NCBI GenBank assembly: GCA_018065085.1
Contig: JAGHUA010000016.1
Location: 34,952 to 98,951 of the forward strand
Reading direction: 5' to 3'
DNA from: Candidatus Liminaster caballi
GTDB taxonomy: Bacteria > Bacteroidota > Bacteroidia > Bacteroidales > UBA3663
Length of the DNA: 64,000 bases
The translations under genes and the position numbers were made by a program. Under the pieces are notes generated by a model, which made no database searches, was not told where the DNA came from, and saw only the letters and a list, made by a program, of their open reading frames with translations. Numbering within the stretch: position 1 is the first letter of the stretch; each line of letters starts with the position of its first letter. Shown here piece by piece: positions 44,708 to 53,955 of this stretch.

Positions 44708-47542
44708 TTATTCTGATTGTTCAATCTCGGCGTCCAATGCGTTTGCCCATTCAAAATAATCTTCGAACGTCTTGCCGCCGAGCAGGACGCGGAAGTTCGG
44801 CTCGCTGATGTCAATCTGTACTATGCCATCGGGCAGGGTCAGAGAGGTCGAGATATCCATTCTGTCGTGATAGTCGATCAGTTCGTCAAGGTTGGCGAAT
44901 CCGCTTATGACGAGCACCGAGATGCCGCCGCCTGTGTCAATGATTTCGAGGTCGAAGTCCTTGATCAGATAGTTCTCGAAGTTGAACTTGGCAATCTCAA
45001 ACAGCAGATCGTTCTGGCTGAGGCTGTCGGTCTTATATGCCAGCAGGAGCAGGTGTGGAGCCAGATCGTCGTCGATAAACGTCTGCGTGCTGTCGATGGC
45101 AGTGCTGTCGTTTGCCTGACGCAAAGTGGCTGCCCACATCATACCTCTGGTCAATCCGCCTGACTGCACCTGACGTCCTTCGTGAATACCCTTGATCATA
45201 AGGCTCGACAAAGGCGAGACGTCGCTCTGTGGGTAGGTGGCGGTAAGCTGTTCAAGGGCCGAACGGAAGTCGTCGATCTTGCCTTCCTGCACGTAGCTGA
45301 GAGCGTGGAGGAAGAGGAACTTTGGCATCAGTTTGCTCAATGGCCACTTGTCATGCACATAGAAATAAGTATCATGCACGTCCTCGGCATTGCCTTCCAG
45401 ATAGGCGTCATAGGTCTTGATGTAGAGCGAATCCTGGCCTTCGTCCATCGCACGAAGATTGTCGATGTAGTTAGGATCTGCCACGGCAATACCGTAAGCC
45501 GACTCAGGGAATGCCTGGATAAGTTTCTGTCTGTAAGCCTCGGCATTGGCTGCGTCGCCCATACGCAAATACATAAGATAGATAGCGTAGTATGACTCCA
45601 GACGGTATGCCGATTCAGGATAGCGCTTCTCCATATTCTCGAACGTCTTGATGGCCAATGGCAGGTTCTCAAGTTTCTCGTTGATGATCTTGCCCTCATT
45701 ATACAGACCTTCCTCGATGAGCTGGTTGGCGTTTGCCACTTCCTCGTCGGTGCGAGGAATCTGTGCCAGGTAGTATGCACGCTTATGCGGATCGGAAACC
45801 TCGTCCTGATTGAATGCCGGAGCAGCCACCGAATCCGCAGGCAATTCCTCGCCGTCGGTTTCCTCCGTTTCGCTATCGTCATTTTCGTCCGAATCAGTTT
45901 CCTCGCTGCTGTCCTCGAATGTCACGGTTTCCGTCTTGTTCTTTCGGCGCCAGTTGTCCTCAGGTTTACGCGCACCCCATTTGCGTTGGAATTCGCTCTT
46001 ACCTGCGCTGATCGATGATGGATTGTAGAAATACCACGACTTATCCTGCTGACCCACTGTCGGCTGTGTGTTGGTCGGTTGAGCCAGAGGGTCAACATTC
46101 TCGCTCTTGCGCTGTTCGTATGCAGCCAGAGCCTCTGCCTCGGCTTCTTCCTTCTCCTTTTTTATGAGTTCGTCGATGAGCTTGTCGATTACCTTGTTCA
46201 GTTCGTCCTCGCTCAACGAGGCAAGGTGCAGCAGCGAATCCTGCAACTGCACGGTTTCGGCGTGTGTCTGCAGTTCGTCGAGGGTGGCCGACAGTTTCTG
46301 TATCTCCTCATAGCCTTTGTATTCCTTGTTGATGATGCCCATAACCACCGAGTAGGCTTTCTGTGCACGTACATAATCGGCGCGATCGAACGTCAGACGT
46401 CCCAGTTTGAGGGCAGCCATTGCCTTGTCCATGCCGTTGCGCTTGCTCTTTTCGAGAGCCGTTTCGTAGCGTTCGATGGCCAGCATCGTATCCTTGCGCA
46501 TCAGCGAGACATCGGCCATGGCGGCATAGATCTGATCGAGATAATCCTCGTTTCGTGCCTGACGGCGCAGACGGTTCAGTTCTCGCTCCATGCGATCGGC
46601 TTGTTTGTTCGATGCGTGTGACAGCGTACGGATTCTTGCAATTCGTGCGTTGAACTGTGTCTTGTAATCTTTTGCTTCGCCGATAATGCGGCTATAGCTC
46701 TTATATGCATCGTCGAAACGTCCGTTCTCCTCATTGATCTGGGCGGCAAAGAAATCCGTACGCACACGCTGTGTCTTTGTCTGGAATCCGCGCTTGGCTT
46801 TCTGCAGGTAGGGCAGAGCCTCGGTTTTCCTGTCTGACTGTATGAGCAGTATTTCTGCCTGAGCCAAACTGAACAGACGCTGCAGGCGCAGAGGCATCTG
46901 CTGATAGTATTCCACCTTGCTGAGTTCTTCCTGCGAGTTGTATTTCTTGGCTTCGATAACAAGGGCAAGCTCCGTCTCTGCCTCAAACTGTTCGCCACGG
47001 ATGGCATGGATGCGTGCTGTCCAGATGTGGCTCTCGTCCTGAGCGAGTTTCTTCCACCAGAAGTGGCGTGCCACGTATCCGAATGTAGCCTGGGCAGCAT
47101 CAAAGTCGCCGTTGTAGAACTGGGCGCGACCAGACAGCAGCCATGCGTTGTGCATGTATGGATTATATTCGCCTCGGGTCAGCCACAGCTTGTATTCAGG
47201 CGTATTCTTAGCCTTGCGTCTTGGTTTTTTGCTGATGCTCTTCGTCTGGACGCACTTCTTACACTTGTCGATGGCGCCGTCGAACTTAGTCTCGGTTTTA
47301 TGCTGTTCGTAGAGTGTGTAGATGGGGTGTAGATTGAGTTGCTGAGAATAGTCATCGTTGCCGGTGTCCTCCTCCATGTTTTTCAGAGCCACGCGATAAG
47401 CCTCATTGCCATTGAAGTGGATGTTATACTTCGTGGTAAGTCCTGCCATGCCGCGCGTCAGCTTCGTGTTCGACTTGCACGCCACCAGCAGCACTGCCAT
47501 CAGCAGCGCCACGCAAATCCGGTATGCAAGTCTCTTTTTCAT
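44708..47542 (-). CDS. TPR-repeat lipoprotein, PorW/SprE-like type IX secretion component
   Basis: The lipobox is LLVAC. Just after it comes TTKYNIHFNGNEAY, matching the SprE/PorW pattern (..YN.LYNGN.A). Long TPR regions and an acidic linker follow. Confidence 0.55.
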   Translation of the reverse strand: MKKRLAYRICVALLMAVLLVACKSNTKLTRGMAGLTTKYNIHFNGNEAYRVALKNMEEDTGNDDYSQQLNLHPIYTLYEQHKTETKFDGAIDKCKKCVQTKSISKKPRRKAKNTPEYKLWLTRGEYNPYMHNAWLLSGRAQFYNGDFDAAQATFGYVARHFWWKKLAQDESHIWTARIHAIRGEQFEAETELALVIEAKKYNSQEELSKVEYYQQMPLRLQRLFSLAQAEILLIQSDRKTEALPYLQKAKRGFQTKTQRVRTDFFAAQINEENGRFDDAYKSYSRIIGEAKDYKTQFNARIARIRTLSHASNKQADRMERELNRLRRQARNEDYLDQIYAAMADVSLMRKDTMLAIERYETALEKSKRNGMDKAMAALKLGRLTFDRADYVRAQKAYSVVMGIINKEYKGYEEIQKLSATLDELQTHAETVQLQDSLLHLASLSEDELNKVIDKLIDELIKKEKEEAEAEALAAYEQRKSENVDPLAQPTNTQPTVGQQDKSWYFYNPSSISAGKSEFQRKWGARKPEDNWRRKNKTETVTFEDSSEETDSDENDDSETEETDGEELPADSVAAPAFNQDEVSDPHKRAYYLAQIPRTDEEVANANQLIEEGLYNEGKIINEKLENLPLAIKTFENMEKRYPESAYRLESYYAIYLMYLRMGDAANAEAYRQKLIQAFPESAYGIAVADPNYIDNLRAMDEGQDSLYIKTYDAYLEGNAEDVHDTYFYVHDKWPLSKLMPKFLFLHALSYVQEGKIDDFRSALEQLTATYPQSDVSPLSSLMIKGIHEGRQVQSGGLTRGMMWAATLRQANDSTAIDSTQTFIDDDLAPHLLLLAYKTDSLSQNDLLFEIAKFNFENYLIKDFDLEIIDTGGGISVLVISGFANLDELIDYHDRMDISTSLTLPDGIVQIDISEPNFRVLLGGKTFEDYFEWANALDAEIEQSE

Positions 47543-47670
47543 TTCTTTACTTTCTTTAGCCTTTTAACCTTTTAACCTTTTAACCTTTTAACCCTTTAAC
47601 CTTTTAACCCTTTAACCTCTTCACTCTCTTTACTCTCTTTACTCTTTACTCCTTACCCTCTCATTACTAT
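47543..47670. repeat. short 'word' repeats (cttttaac / cctttaac x about 7, then ctctttact variants)
   Basis: Read directly. A single G occurs on the + strand between 47531 and 47670. The last 10 codons of the upstream 165-aa ORF lie inside it. Confidence 0.9.
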
Positions 47671-48136
47671 GATCAGTTCCGTCCTTAGCCACGCTTTGGA
47701 AACGTCTTTCCCTGACCACCATCAGCACCTCGTCCTTCAGGTCATCAGGCAGTTCGATGCCTCGAAGTTGCAGCGAACGGCACCATCCAGCCACTTCCAC
47801 CTCCTTCAGCTCGTAGAAAATCTGGGCGAACTCCTCCGTCTGATCGGCAGTGTATTCGTCTGATGACACGCCCTTGAATTGGTCAAGTTCCTCATCGTCA
47901 TAGTAGATGATTTCCTTCGATACGGCAGCCAGCAGAGAGTCGCGTTCGCATGTGGCATGCTGTCCGCAACACTCGTCAGGCACTTCCTTGGTAATCTCGA
48001 ACGGCGAAGTCTCGTCTTCCTTTGCCGTACCTTCCTCCACACGTTTCTGGTAGCGTTTATGGCCGATGAGCGAAAGGCCGAAAGTCATCAGGGCAAGGCC
48101 GCCGATGAGCACGAGCAGGTATAAAACGATAATCAT
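47639..48136 (-). CDS. hypothetical membrane-anchored protein
   Basis: It has an N-terminal TM helix, an acidic middle and a CCGQHATCE motif. Its start overlaps the aroA stop by 4 nt. Confidence 0.5.
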   Translation of the reverse strand: MIIVLYLLVLIGGLALMTFGLSLIGHKRYQKRVEEGTAKEDETSPFEITKEVPDECCGQHATCERDSLLAAVSKEIIYYDDEELDQFKGVSSDEYTADQTEEFAQIFYELKEVEVAGWCRSLQLRGIELPDDLKDEVLMVVRERRFQSVAKDGTDHSNERVRSKE

Positions 48137-49575
48137 AATATCTTAAATATGAGCCAAAGGATTAGTACAGCCACTGCAATCAGCAGGGTGTTGAGCACCC
48201 ATTTCGAATGAGTGTGGATGCGTTGCTGGCGACGCATGGCGTTTTCGAACTTCTCAGCGAGTTCCGTGCGGCTGAGCGTCTGCGGTTCTACGTCGATGCC
48301 AGCCGACTGTAGGTCGTTCCAGAACGAAGGATAGGATTTGCTTACCACCTCGGGGTCGCAGATATAAGTGTCGCCCGACGTGATGGCGAGAGGTGCGAAA
48401 GCCATGGCCATGCGGTGGTCGTGGTAGGTATCGACAAACGGTGGCAGGTCATCGGTCGTCAGTTCGTCGCCGTCCCACGTCATCAGGTCATCGCCCACAG
48501 CCTTCACGTCGAACCCGAATTTTGCGAGTTCGTTCTGCAATGCGGCGATACGGTCGGTTTCCTTGATGCGCAGGGTGTGAAGTCCGTTGATGGCGAAGTG
48601 TACGCCAAGGCCGCAGCATGTCGAGATCATTGTCTGTGCCAGATCCGGCTGATTGCACATGTTCCATTCCACCTTTACAGGCATAGTGAAATCGTCTGCC
48701 GGTTTGATGACTGCGCCTTCGGCTGTGAATTCCGTCACCACGCCCAACTCATTGAAATAGTCAGCCGCATGGCTGTCGCCCTGGAGGCTGTGCTGCTTCA
48801 AACCCATGAGCAGGAACTCCGTCTTGATGCCCGCCGATTTGGCCAACGCGCAGATTTGATACCAGTAGCTCGACGCACTCCAGTCACTCTCCACGGCATA
48901 GGTCATCGATGTGTAGCGCTGCGGTTTGACGCTGACGGTGCTGTCCGATGTCCATTCTGACTCCACGCCGAACTCGCGCATCATCTCAAGGGTCATCTCG
49001 ATATACGGACGGCTCGTCACCTGGTTGGTCAGTGTCAGTTCAAGGCCGTTGGCAAGCGTCGGCGCTATCATCAGAAGTGCTGAGATATACTGGCTCGACG
49101 TACTGCCGTCGATGCTCAGTTTGCCGCCGCTGAGTTTCCTGCCGCGAATGTTGAGCGGAGGAAATCCCTCTTTTTCGGCATAATCGATGTCGGCGCCAAG
49201 TTCGCGCAGGGCATCGACCAGCAGGGCGATAGGACGGTCTTTCATTCTTGCCGAACCGGTCATCTGCACACAGATTCCTTCGTTCGCAGCAAAGAATGCC
49301 GTCAGAAAGCGCATCGATGTGCCGGCTGCTCCGATGTCGATTGTCAGGAACTGCGGGCTCTCATTGGCCGATGTGCAGGTAGGAGCGAGGCGCACGGTGT
49401 CGAATGCCTGAAGCATCACTTTCGTGTCGTCGCAGTCGCTCAGATGCGAAAGCTGACAGTCGCCCTCGCACAGGGCTTTCATGATTAGCGCCCTGTTTGA
49501 GAGAGATTTCGATGCAGGCAGGTCGATGACTGTACGATCCCTGCGGATGTTGTCAGCTGATATTCTGTTGATCAT
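48133..49575 (-). CDS. aroA: 3-phosphoshikimate 1-carboxyvinyltransferase with a C-terminal TM extension
   Basis: LPASKSLSNRALI, the GTSMRFL-type motif AAGTSMRFL, and DHRMAMAFA are present. An extra about 60 aa ends in the hydrophobic helix VLNTLLIAVAVLILWLIF. Confidence 0.85.
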   Translation of the reverse strand: MINRISADNIRRDRTVIDLPASKSLSNRALIMKALCEGDCQLSHLSDCDDTKVMLQAFDTVRLAPTCTSANESPQFLTIDIGAAGTSMRFLTAFFAANEGICVQMTGSARMKDRPIALLVDALRELGADIDYAEKEGFPPLNIRGRKLSGGKLSIDGSTSSQYISALLMIAPTLANGLELTLTNQVTSRPYIEMTLEMMREFGVESEWTSDSTVSVKPQRYTSMTYAVESDWSASSYWYQICALAKSAGIKTEFLLMGLKQHSLQGDSHAADYFNELGVVTEFTAEGAVIKPADDFTMPVKVEWNMCNQPDLAQTMISTCCGLGVHFAINGLHTLRIKETDRIAALQNELAKFGFDVKAVGDDLMTWDGDELTTDDLPPFVDTYHDHRMAMAFAPLAITSGDTYICDPEVVSKSYPSFWNDLQSAGIDVEPQTLSRTELAEKFENAMRRQQRIHTHSKWVLNTLLIAVAVLILWLIFKIL

Positions 49576-49585
49576 CGTTCACAAA

Positions 49586-50827
49586 TCAGCAGTTGGCAGC
49601 GAGCTGGCAGATCTTCACTATGGTCATCATGGCCTTCTCCATGCTCTGGATTGGCACATACTCAAATCGTCCGTGCATGTTCATGCCGCCGGCGAAGATG
49701 TTCGGACATGGCAGGCCCTTGAATGAGAGCTGTGCGCCGTCTGTGCCGCCACGGATAGGCTGAACCTTGACCGGACATCCTGCTTCGAGGATAGCCTGCT
49801 TTGCCAGGTCGATGATGCCTGGCAGACCCTTCTTCTGGTTCTCGGCATCGGCTTCCTGAACCTTCTCCAGCATGTTGTAGTACTGATCCTTCAGCACCAC
49901 CTCGCATCTGCCTGGATACTGCTTGTTGATATTCTCTGCCACGTTGAGGATGTTCTGCTTGCGAGCCTCAAACAGTTCGCGGTTATGGTCGCGGATGATG
50001 TACGAGAGCTGAGCTTCCTCCACGGTGCCGTTCATGCCTATCAGGTGATAGAATCCCTCATAGCCCTCGGTGTGTTCAGGACGTTCCTCCTCTGGCAGCT
50101 GCTCGGCAAACTCCATTGCCAGGAGTGCGGCATTGACCATCTTGTCCTTTGCTGTGCCTGGGTGTACGTTGGTGCCGTGGAATGTGATCTTGGCGCTGGC
50201 AGCGTTGAAGTTCTCAAATTCAAGTTCGCCAACCTCGCCGCCGTCCATTGTGTAAGCCCAGTCGCAGCCGAACAGCTCCACGTTGAAATGGTGTGCGCCC
50301 ATGCCAATCTCCTCGTCAGGGTTGAATGCGATGCGGATCTTGCCGTGTTCGATCTCTGGATGTTCGCGCAGGTAGAGCATTGCCGAGATAATCTCAGCGA
50401 TGCCGGCCTTGTCGTCGGCGCCGAGCAGGGTAGTGCCGTCGGTCACGATCAGGTCTTCACCCACGTGGTTGAGCAGCTCAGGGAAGTAGCTTGTCTGCAT
50501 CACGGTGTCGGCGTTGAGCTGGATGTCCTTGCCGTCGTAGTTCTCCACGATGCGAGGGTTTACGTTCTTGCCCGATGCGTCGGGAGCGGTGTCCATGTGT
50601 GCGATGAATCCGATCACAGGCACCTGCTTGTCAGTGTTGGCAGGCAGAGTGGCATAGAGGTATCCGAGTTCGTCGAGCACAACGTCCTCAAAGTTCAGGT
50701 CCTTGAGTTCCTGTTCGAGCATCTTGGCAAAAGCCATCTGGGTTGGTGTACTTGGAGTCACGCCAGTCTCTTCGTTGCTGGTGGTCTCAACCTTCACATA
50801 GCGGAGGAAGCGTTCGGTAAGTGTCAT
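49586..50827 (-). CDS. pepT: peptidase T (tripeptide aminopeptidase)
   Basis: The N-terminus is [24 protein letters not shown] and the M20 motifs are present. The length is 413 aa. Confidence 0.9.
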   Translation of the reverse strand: MTLTERFLRYVKVETTSNEETGVTPSTPTQMAFAKMLEQELKDLNFEDVVLDELGYLYATLPANTDKQVPVIGFIAHMDTAPDASGKNVNPRIVENYDGKDIQLNADTVMQTSYFPELLNHVGEDLIVTDGTTLLGADDKAGIAEIISAMLYLREHPEIEHGKIRIAFNPDEEIGMGAHHFNVELFGCDWAYTMDGGEVGELEFENFNAASAKITFHGTNVHPGTAKDKMVNAALLAMEFAEQLPEEERPEHTEGYEGFYHLIGMNGTVEEAQLSYIIRDHNRELFEARKQNILNVAENINKQYPGRCEVVLKDQYYNMLEKVQEADAENQKKGLPGIIDLAKQAILEAGCPVKVQPIRGGTDGAQLSFKGLPCPNIFAGGMNMHGRFEYVPIQSMEKAMMTIVKICQLAANC

Positions 50828-51031
50828 AGCTGTTTGTATGAATATCAGGTGTTGTTAATAACGGTGGTTAATCAATCTCGCAATTGAATGATCACATAAA
50901 ATTGCGCGCAAATATACATATAAATATTAATATAGACAAATCTTTGTCCGAAAAACGGCCGATAACGCCCAATATTGCTCAAAAAAACACATTTTTTCAA
51001 TCATTGTCTTCTGTATTTCGATATTTTTTCA

Positions 51032-51039
51032 TATCTTTG
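51032..51039 (+). promoter_or_regulatory. -7 box TATCTTTG
   Basis: The sequence is catatctttgcggc, 39 nt upstream of the ATG at 51078. Confidence 0.5.
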
Positions 51040-51042
51040 CGG

Positions 51043-51077
51043 CACTATTAATCCATTCATCCCATTCCATTCATCCC
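51043..51077. repeat. G-free 'word' leader (ccattcatcc x about 2.5)
   Basis: cactattaatccattcatcccattccattcatccc lies directly before the ATG and contains no G. Confidence 0.6.
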
Positions 51078-52763
51078 ATGTACACAAACGAATCATTATA
51101 CATAGCCCATTCGGCTAATGGTCCTATCTCGCTGGTAGGCAAGATGTGCAATCGTCACGGTCTTATCGCAGGTGCCACCGGCACGGGCAAGACAGTCACT
51201 CTCCAGGTCATTGCCGAGACGTTCAGTCAGGCAGGCGTGCCTTGTTTCATGGCCGATATGAAGGGCGATCTCTCGGGCATCTCGCAGGTCGGCAAGACCT
51301 CATCGTTCATCGAGAAGCGATGCAGGGAATTTGGCATTGAGAATCCCGAGTATCAGGCTTGTCCGGTGCGTTTCTTCGATGTCTATGGCGAACAGGGTCA
51401 CAGCCTTCGCACCACGGTTTCTGCCATGGGTCCGCAACTCCTGTCGCGTCTTATGGGACTCAATGAAACTCAGGCGGGTGTGTTGAATATTGTGTTCCGC
51501 ATTGCCGACGATGTCGAACTCCTGCTCATCGACCTCAAGGACCTTCGTTCGATGCTCGATTTCGTGGGTTCCAACGCCTCGAAGTTCACCACCAAATACG
51601 GTAATATCTCTGCTGCCAGCGTCGGTGCCATTCAGCGTTCCATCCTTGCCATCGAGAGCGAGGGCGGCGACAAGTTCTTTGGCGAACCGGCTTTCGATGT
51701 TGAGGATCTTCTTGACACCGAGAACGGTCGAGGCATCATGAACGTCCTTGCTGCCGATCGCCTTATGCTCAATCCTAAGCTCTACAGCACGTTCCTCCTT
51801 TGGCTCATGACCGAGCTTTATGCGCGTCTGCCGGAGGTCGGTGACCTTCCGTTGCCAAAGCTCATCTTCTTCTTCGATGAGGCACACATGCTCTTTGACG
51901 GCACATCGAAGGCTCTTGTCGATAAGCTCGAACAGGTCATCCGTCTTATCCGTTCAAAGGGCGTCGGCATCTATTTCATCACACAGTCGCCAACCGATAT
52001 TCCTGAGAATATCCTCGGTCAGCTCGGCAATCGCGTGCAGCATGCACTTCGTGCCTATACTCCTAAGGATCAGAAGGCTGTGCGTACCGCAGCTCAGACG
52101 TTCCGTGCTAATCCTGAGTTCAAGACAGAGGACGCTATCATGGAACTTGAAACGGGCGAAGCTCTTGTCTCGGTGCTCGACGCAAAGGGTGCGCCAACCG
52201 TTGTCGAACGTGCTCGCATTCTCTTCCCGTTGAGTCAGATCGGAGCCATCACCGAGGGGCAGCGTCTTGACATCCGCAATGCTGCGCCTGCCAGGATCAA
52301 GGCTTACGATTCGTTCTTCGACCGCGAATCTGCCTACGAGGTTCTTTCTGCCACCAAGGCCGAAGCCGATGCAGAAGCTGCACGTGTCGAGGAGGAAAAG
52401 GAACTTGCCCGTCAGGCAAAAGAGGAAGAGAAGGCTCGTCGTGAAGCCGAACGTGAAGCTGCGCGTCAGGCAAAAGAGGAAGAACGCGAACGCAAGGCTC
52501 AGGAGAAGGAGTCCAAGAAGTCTTCATCATTCGCCCGCACCATCTTTGGCACGCTTGCCGCTGCCGTTGCCACAAGTGTTGCCCGCAGCGTCGGCAATGA
52601 GGTAGCCAAGAAGATTACCGGCAGTTCCTCTTCGTCATCATCTTCATCCAAGAAATCCACAAAGAGCACTTCCGGCAAGATCATCGAATCTGCCACCAAG
52701 TCAGCTACCACCACGGCTACACGTACTCTCACCAAGGAAATCCTGAAGAGCATCTTCAAATAA
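51078..52763 (+). CDS. HerA-like / DUF853 (YjgR-type) P-loop ATPase with a low-complexity C-terminal tail
   Basis: The Walker A motif is GATGTGKTVTLQ and the Walker B motif is LIFFFDEAH. The tail is rich in E/K/R and then S/T. Confidence 0.8.
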   Translation: MYTNESLYIAHSANGPISLVGKMCNRHGLIAGATGTGKTVTLQVIAETFSQAGVPCFMADMKGDLSGISQVGKTSSFIEKRCREFGIENPEYQACPVRFFDVYGEQGHSLRTTVSAMGPQLLSRLMGLNETQAGVLNIVFRIADDVELLLIDLKDLRSMLDFVGSNASKFTTKYGNISAASVGAIQRSILAIESEGGDKFFGEPAFDVEDLLDTENGRGIMNVLAADRLMLNPKLYSTFLLWLMTELYARLPEVGDLPLPKLIFFFDEAHMLFDGTSKALVDKLEQVIRLIRSKGVGIYFITQSPTDIPENILGQLGNRVQHALRAYTPKDQKAVRTAAQTFRANPEFKTEDAIMELETGEALVSVLDAKGAPTVVERARILFPLSQIGAITEGQRLDIRNAAPARIKAYDSFFDRESAYEVLSATKAEADAEAARVEEEKELARQAKEEEKARREAEREAARQAKEEERERKAQEKESKKSSSFARTIFGTLAAAVATSVARSVGNEVAKKITGSSSSSSSSSKKSTKSTSGKIIESATKSATTTATRTLTKEILKSIFK

Positions 52764-52766
52764 TGT

Positions 52767-53302
52767 CCCAACTCTTAGGAAGTGCCGCCGAAAGTTTCAT
52801 TTGGATTTCCCAACTCTTAGGAAGTGCCGCCGAAACTTTCATTTGGAGTTCCCAACTCTTAGGAAATGCTGCCGAAACTTTCATTTGGACTTCCCAACTC
52901 TTAGGAAATGCTGCCGAAAGTTTCATTTGGGCTTCCCAACTCTTAGGAAATGCCGCCGAAAGTTTGTTTTGGATTTCCAGCTTTCTGGAAATGCTTAGAA
53001 CAAAGTTCTGGCGACTTCCCAAGTCTTGGCAAATGCTCGGAACAATGTGCTGGCGATTTCCCAAGTCTTGGCAAATCCTCGGAACAATGTTCTGGCGACT
53101 TCTAGCTTTCTGGAAATGCTGAGAACAATGTTCTGGCGACTTCCCAAGTCTTGGCAAATCCTCGGAACAATGTGCTGAGGACTTCCAGCTTTCTGGAAAT
53201 GCTGAGAACAATGTTCTAGCGATTTCCTAACTCTTGGGAAATGCTGAGAACAATGTTCTGGCGACTTCCCAACTCTTGGGAAATGCTTAGAACCGATTTT
53301 TT
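52767..53302. repeat. array 3: inverted counterpart of array 1 (5 reverse-complement type B units, then about 7.5 reverse-complement type A units)
   Basis: It starts 4 nt after the DUF853 stop. It ends in gaaccgatttttt, the reverse complement of the aaaaatcggttc that opens array 1. Confidence 0.95.
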
Positions 53303-53771
53303 ATCTTCTGAAGTTTTGGAAAGAGGTTTTGCTTGTTATTTAATTTGACTCAATCAAATTTTATACCTTTGAATAGCAAACTAATGTTTAACTCATCGAT
53401 ATTAATAGAGGTTGACATTTATTTTTCTCTAAATAGTTGCAATTATCAAAATAATTGATTAAGTTTGCCCCGAAAATCCGATGTTCGTGTACATGCCAAC
53501 AAATACACGTTCGATGATGATAAGATTGAGAAATAGATTGCAATAACACGAATCACTAACAATAAAACACTAATAATTAAGAAACAGAAATGAAATAATT
53601 GAACGGTGAGTTGGGCGAATAGAGTAACCCACCACACTTCCCTTACGAAGAGTAGAACGTCTCGCTCTGCCACCTCTTGCAATGTGTGGCGAAAGAGACA
53701 AAACATTAACTCAGAAGGAAGTGACCACCCATTCGATACTACATATATATAACTGAGCTTTCGCTCTTGTT

Positions 53772-53945
53772 CTCTTATCCGAAAACGGCCAATTTGAAGA
53801 TGCACGAGAATAAGTCAGCGATAGGTTCACGTTCCGTTTGGGGGCGTGGCCTTTCGATTCGTACTTATTTGTGCTTAAGGTGCTTGGCCGTACCTCGGAT
53901 AAGAATAAGTAATCGGACGAAGGTCATGTCCCTTCTCTTATTCTT
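53772..53945 (+). promoter_or_regulatory. structured leader with mutually exclusive helices upstream of a secreted-protein gene
   Basis: Helix A pairs 53774-53782 with 53895-53903 (9 bp) and 53786-53792 with 53884-53890 (7 bp). Helix B pairs aagaataag at 53901-53909 with cttattctt at 53937-53945. The two helices share 53901-53903. Confidence 0.35.
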
Positions 53946-53955
53946 AGATAATAAA

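Noticed and set aside
51078-52763. I considered whether the HerA-like ATPase is part of a defence system such as a HerA-Sir2 or HerA-DUF4297 pair.
   Set aside because: It matches the single-gene DUF853/YjgR layout with a low-complexity tail, and no partner effector gene is adjacent. The next feature is repeat array 3.
53446-53805. I considered whether the 119-aa minus-strand ORF in the long gap after array 3, and the 60-aa ORF at 55556-55738, are genes.
   Set aside because: They have no promoter or start context, an odd hydrophobic low-complexity composition, and they overlap the structured leader and repeat-rich non-coding sequence. They are probably spurious.
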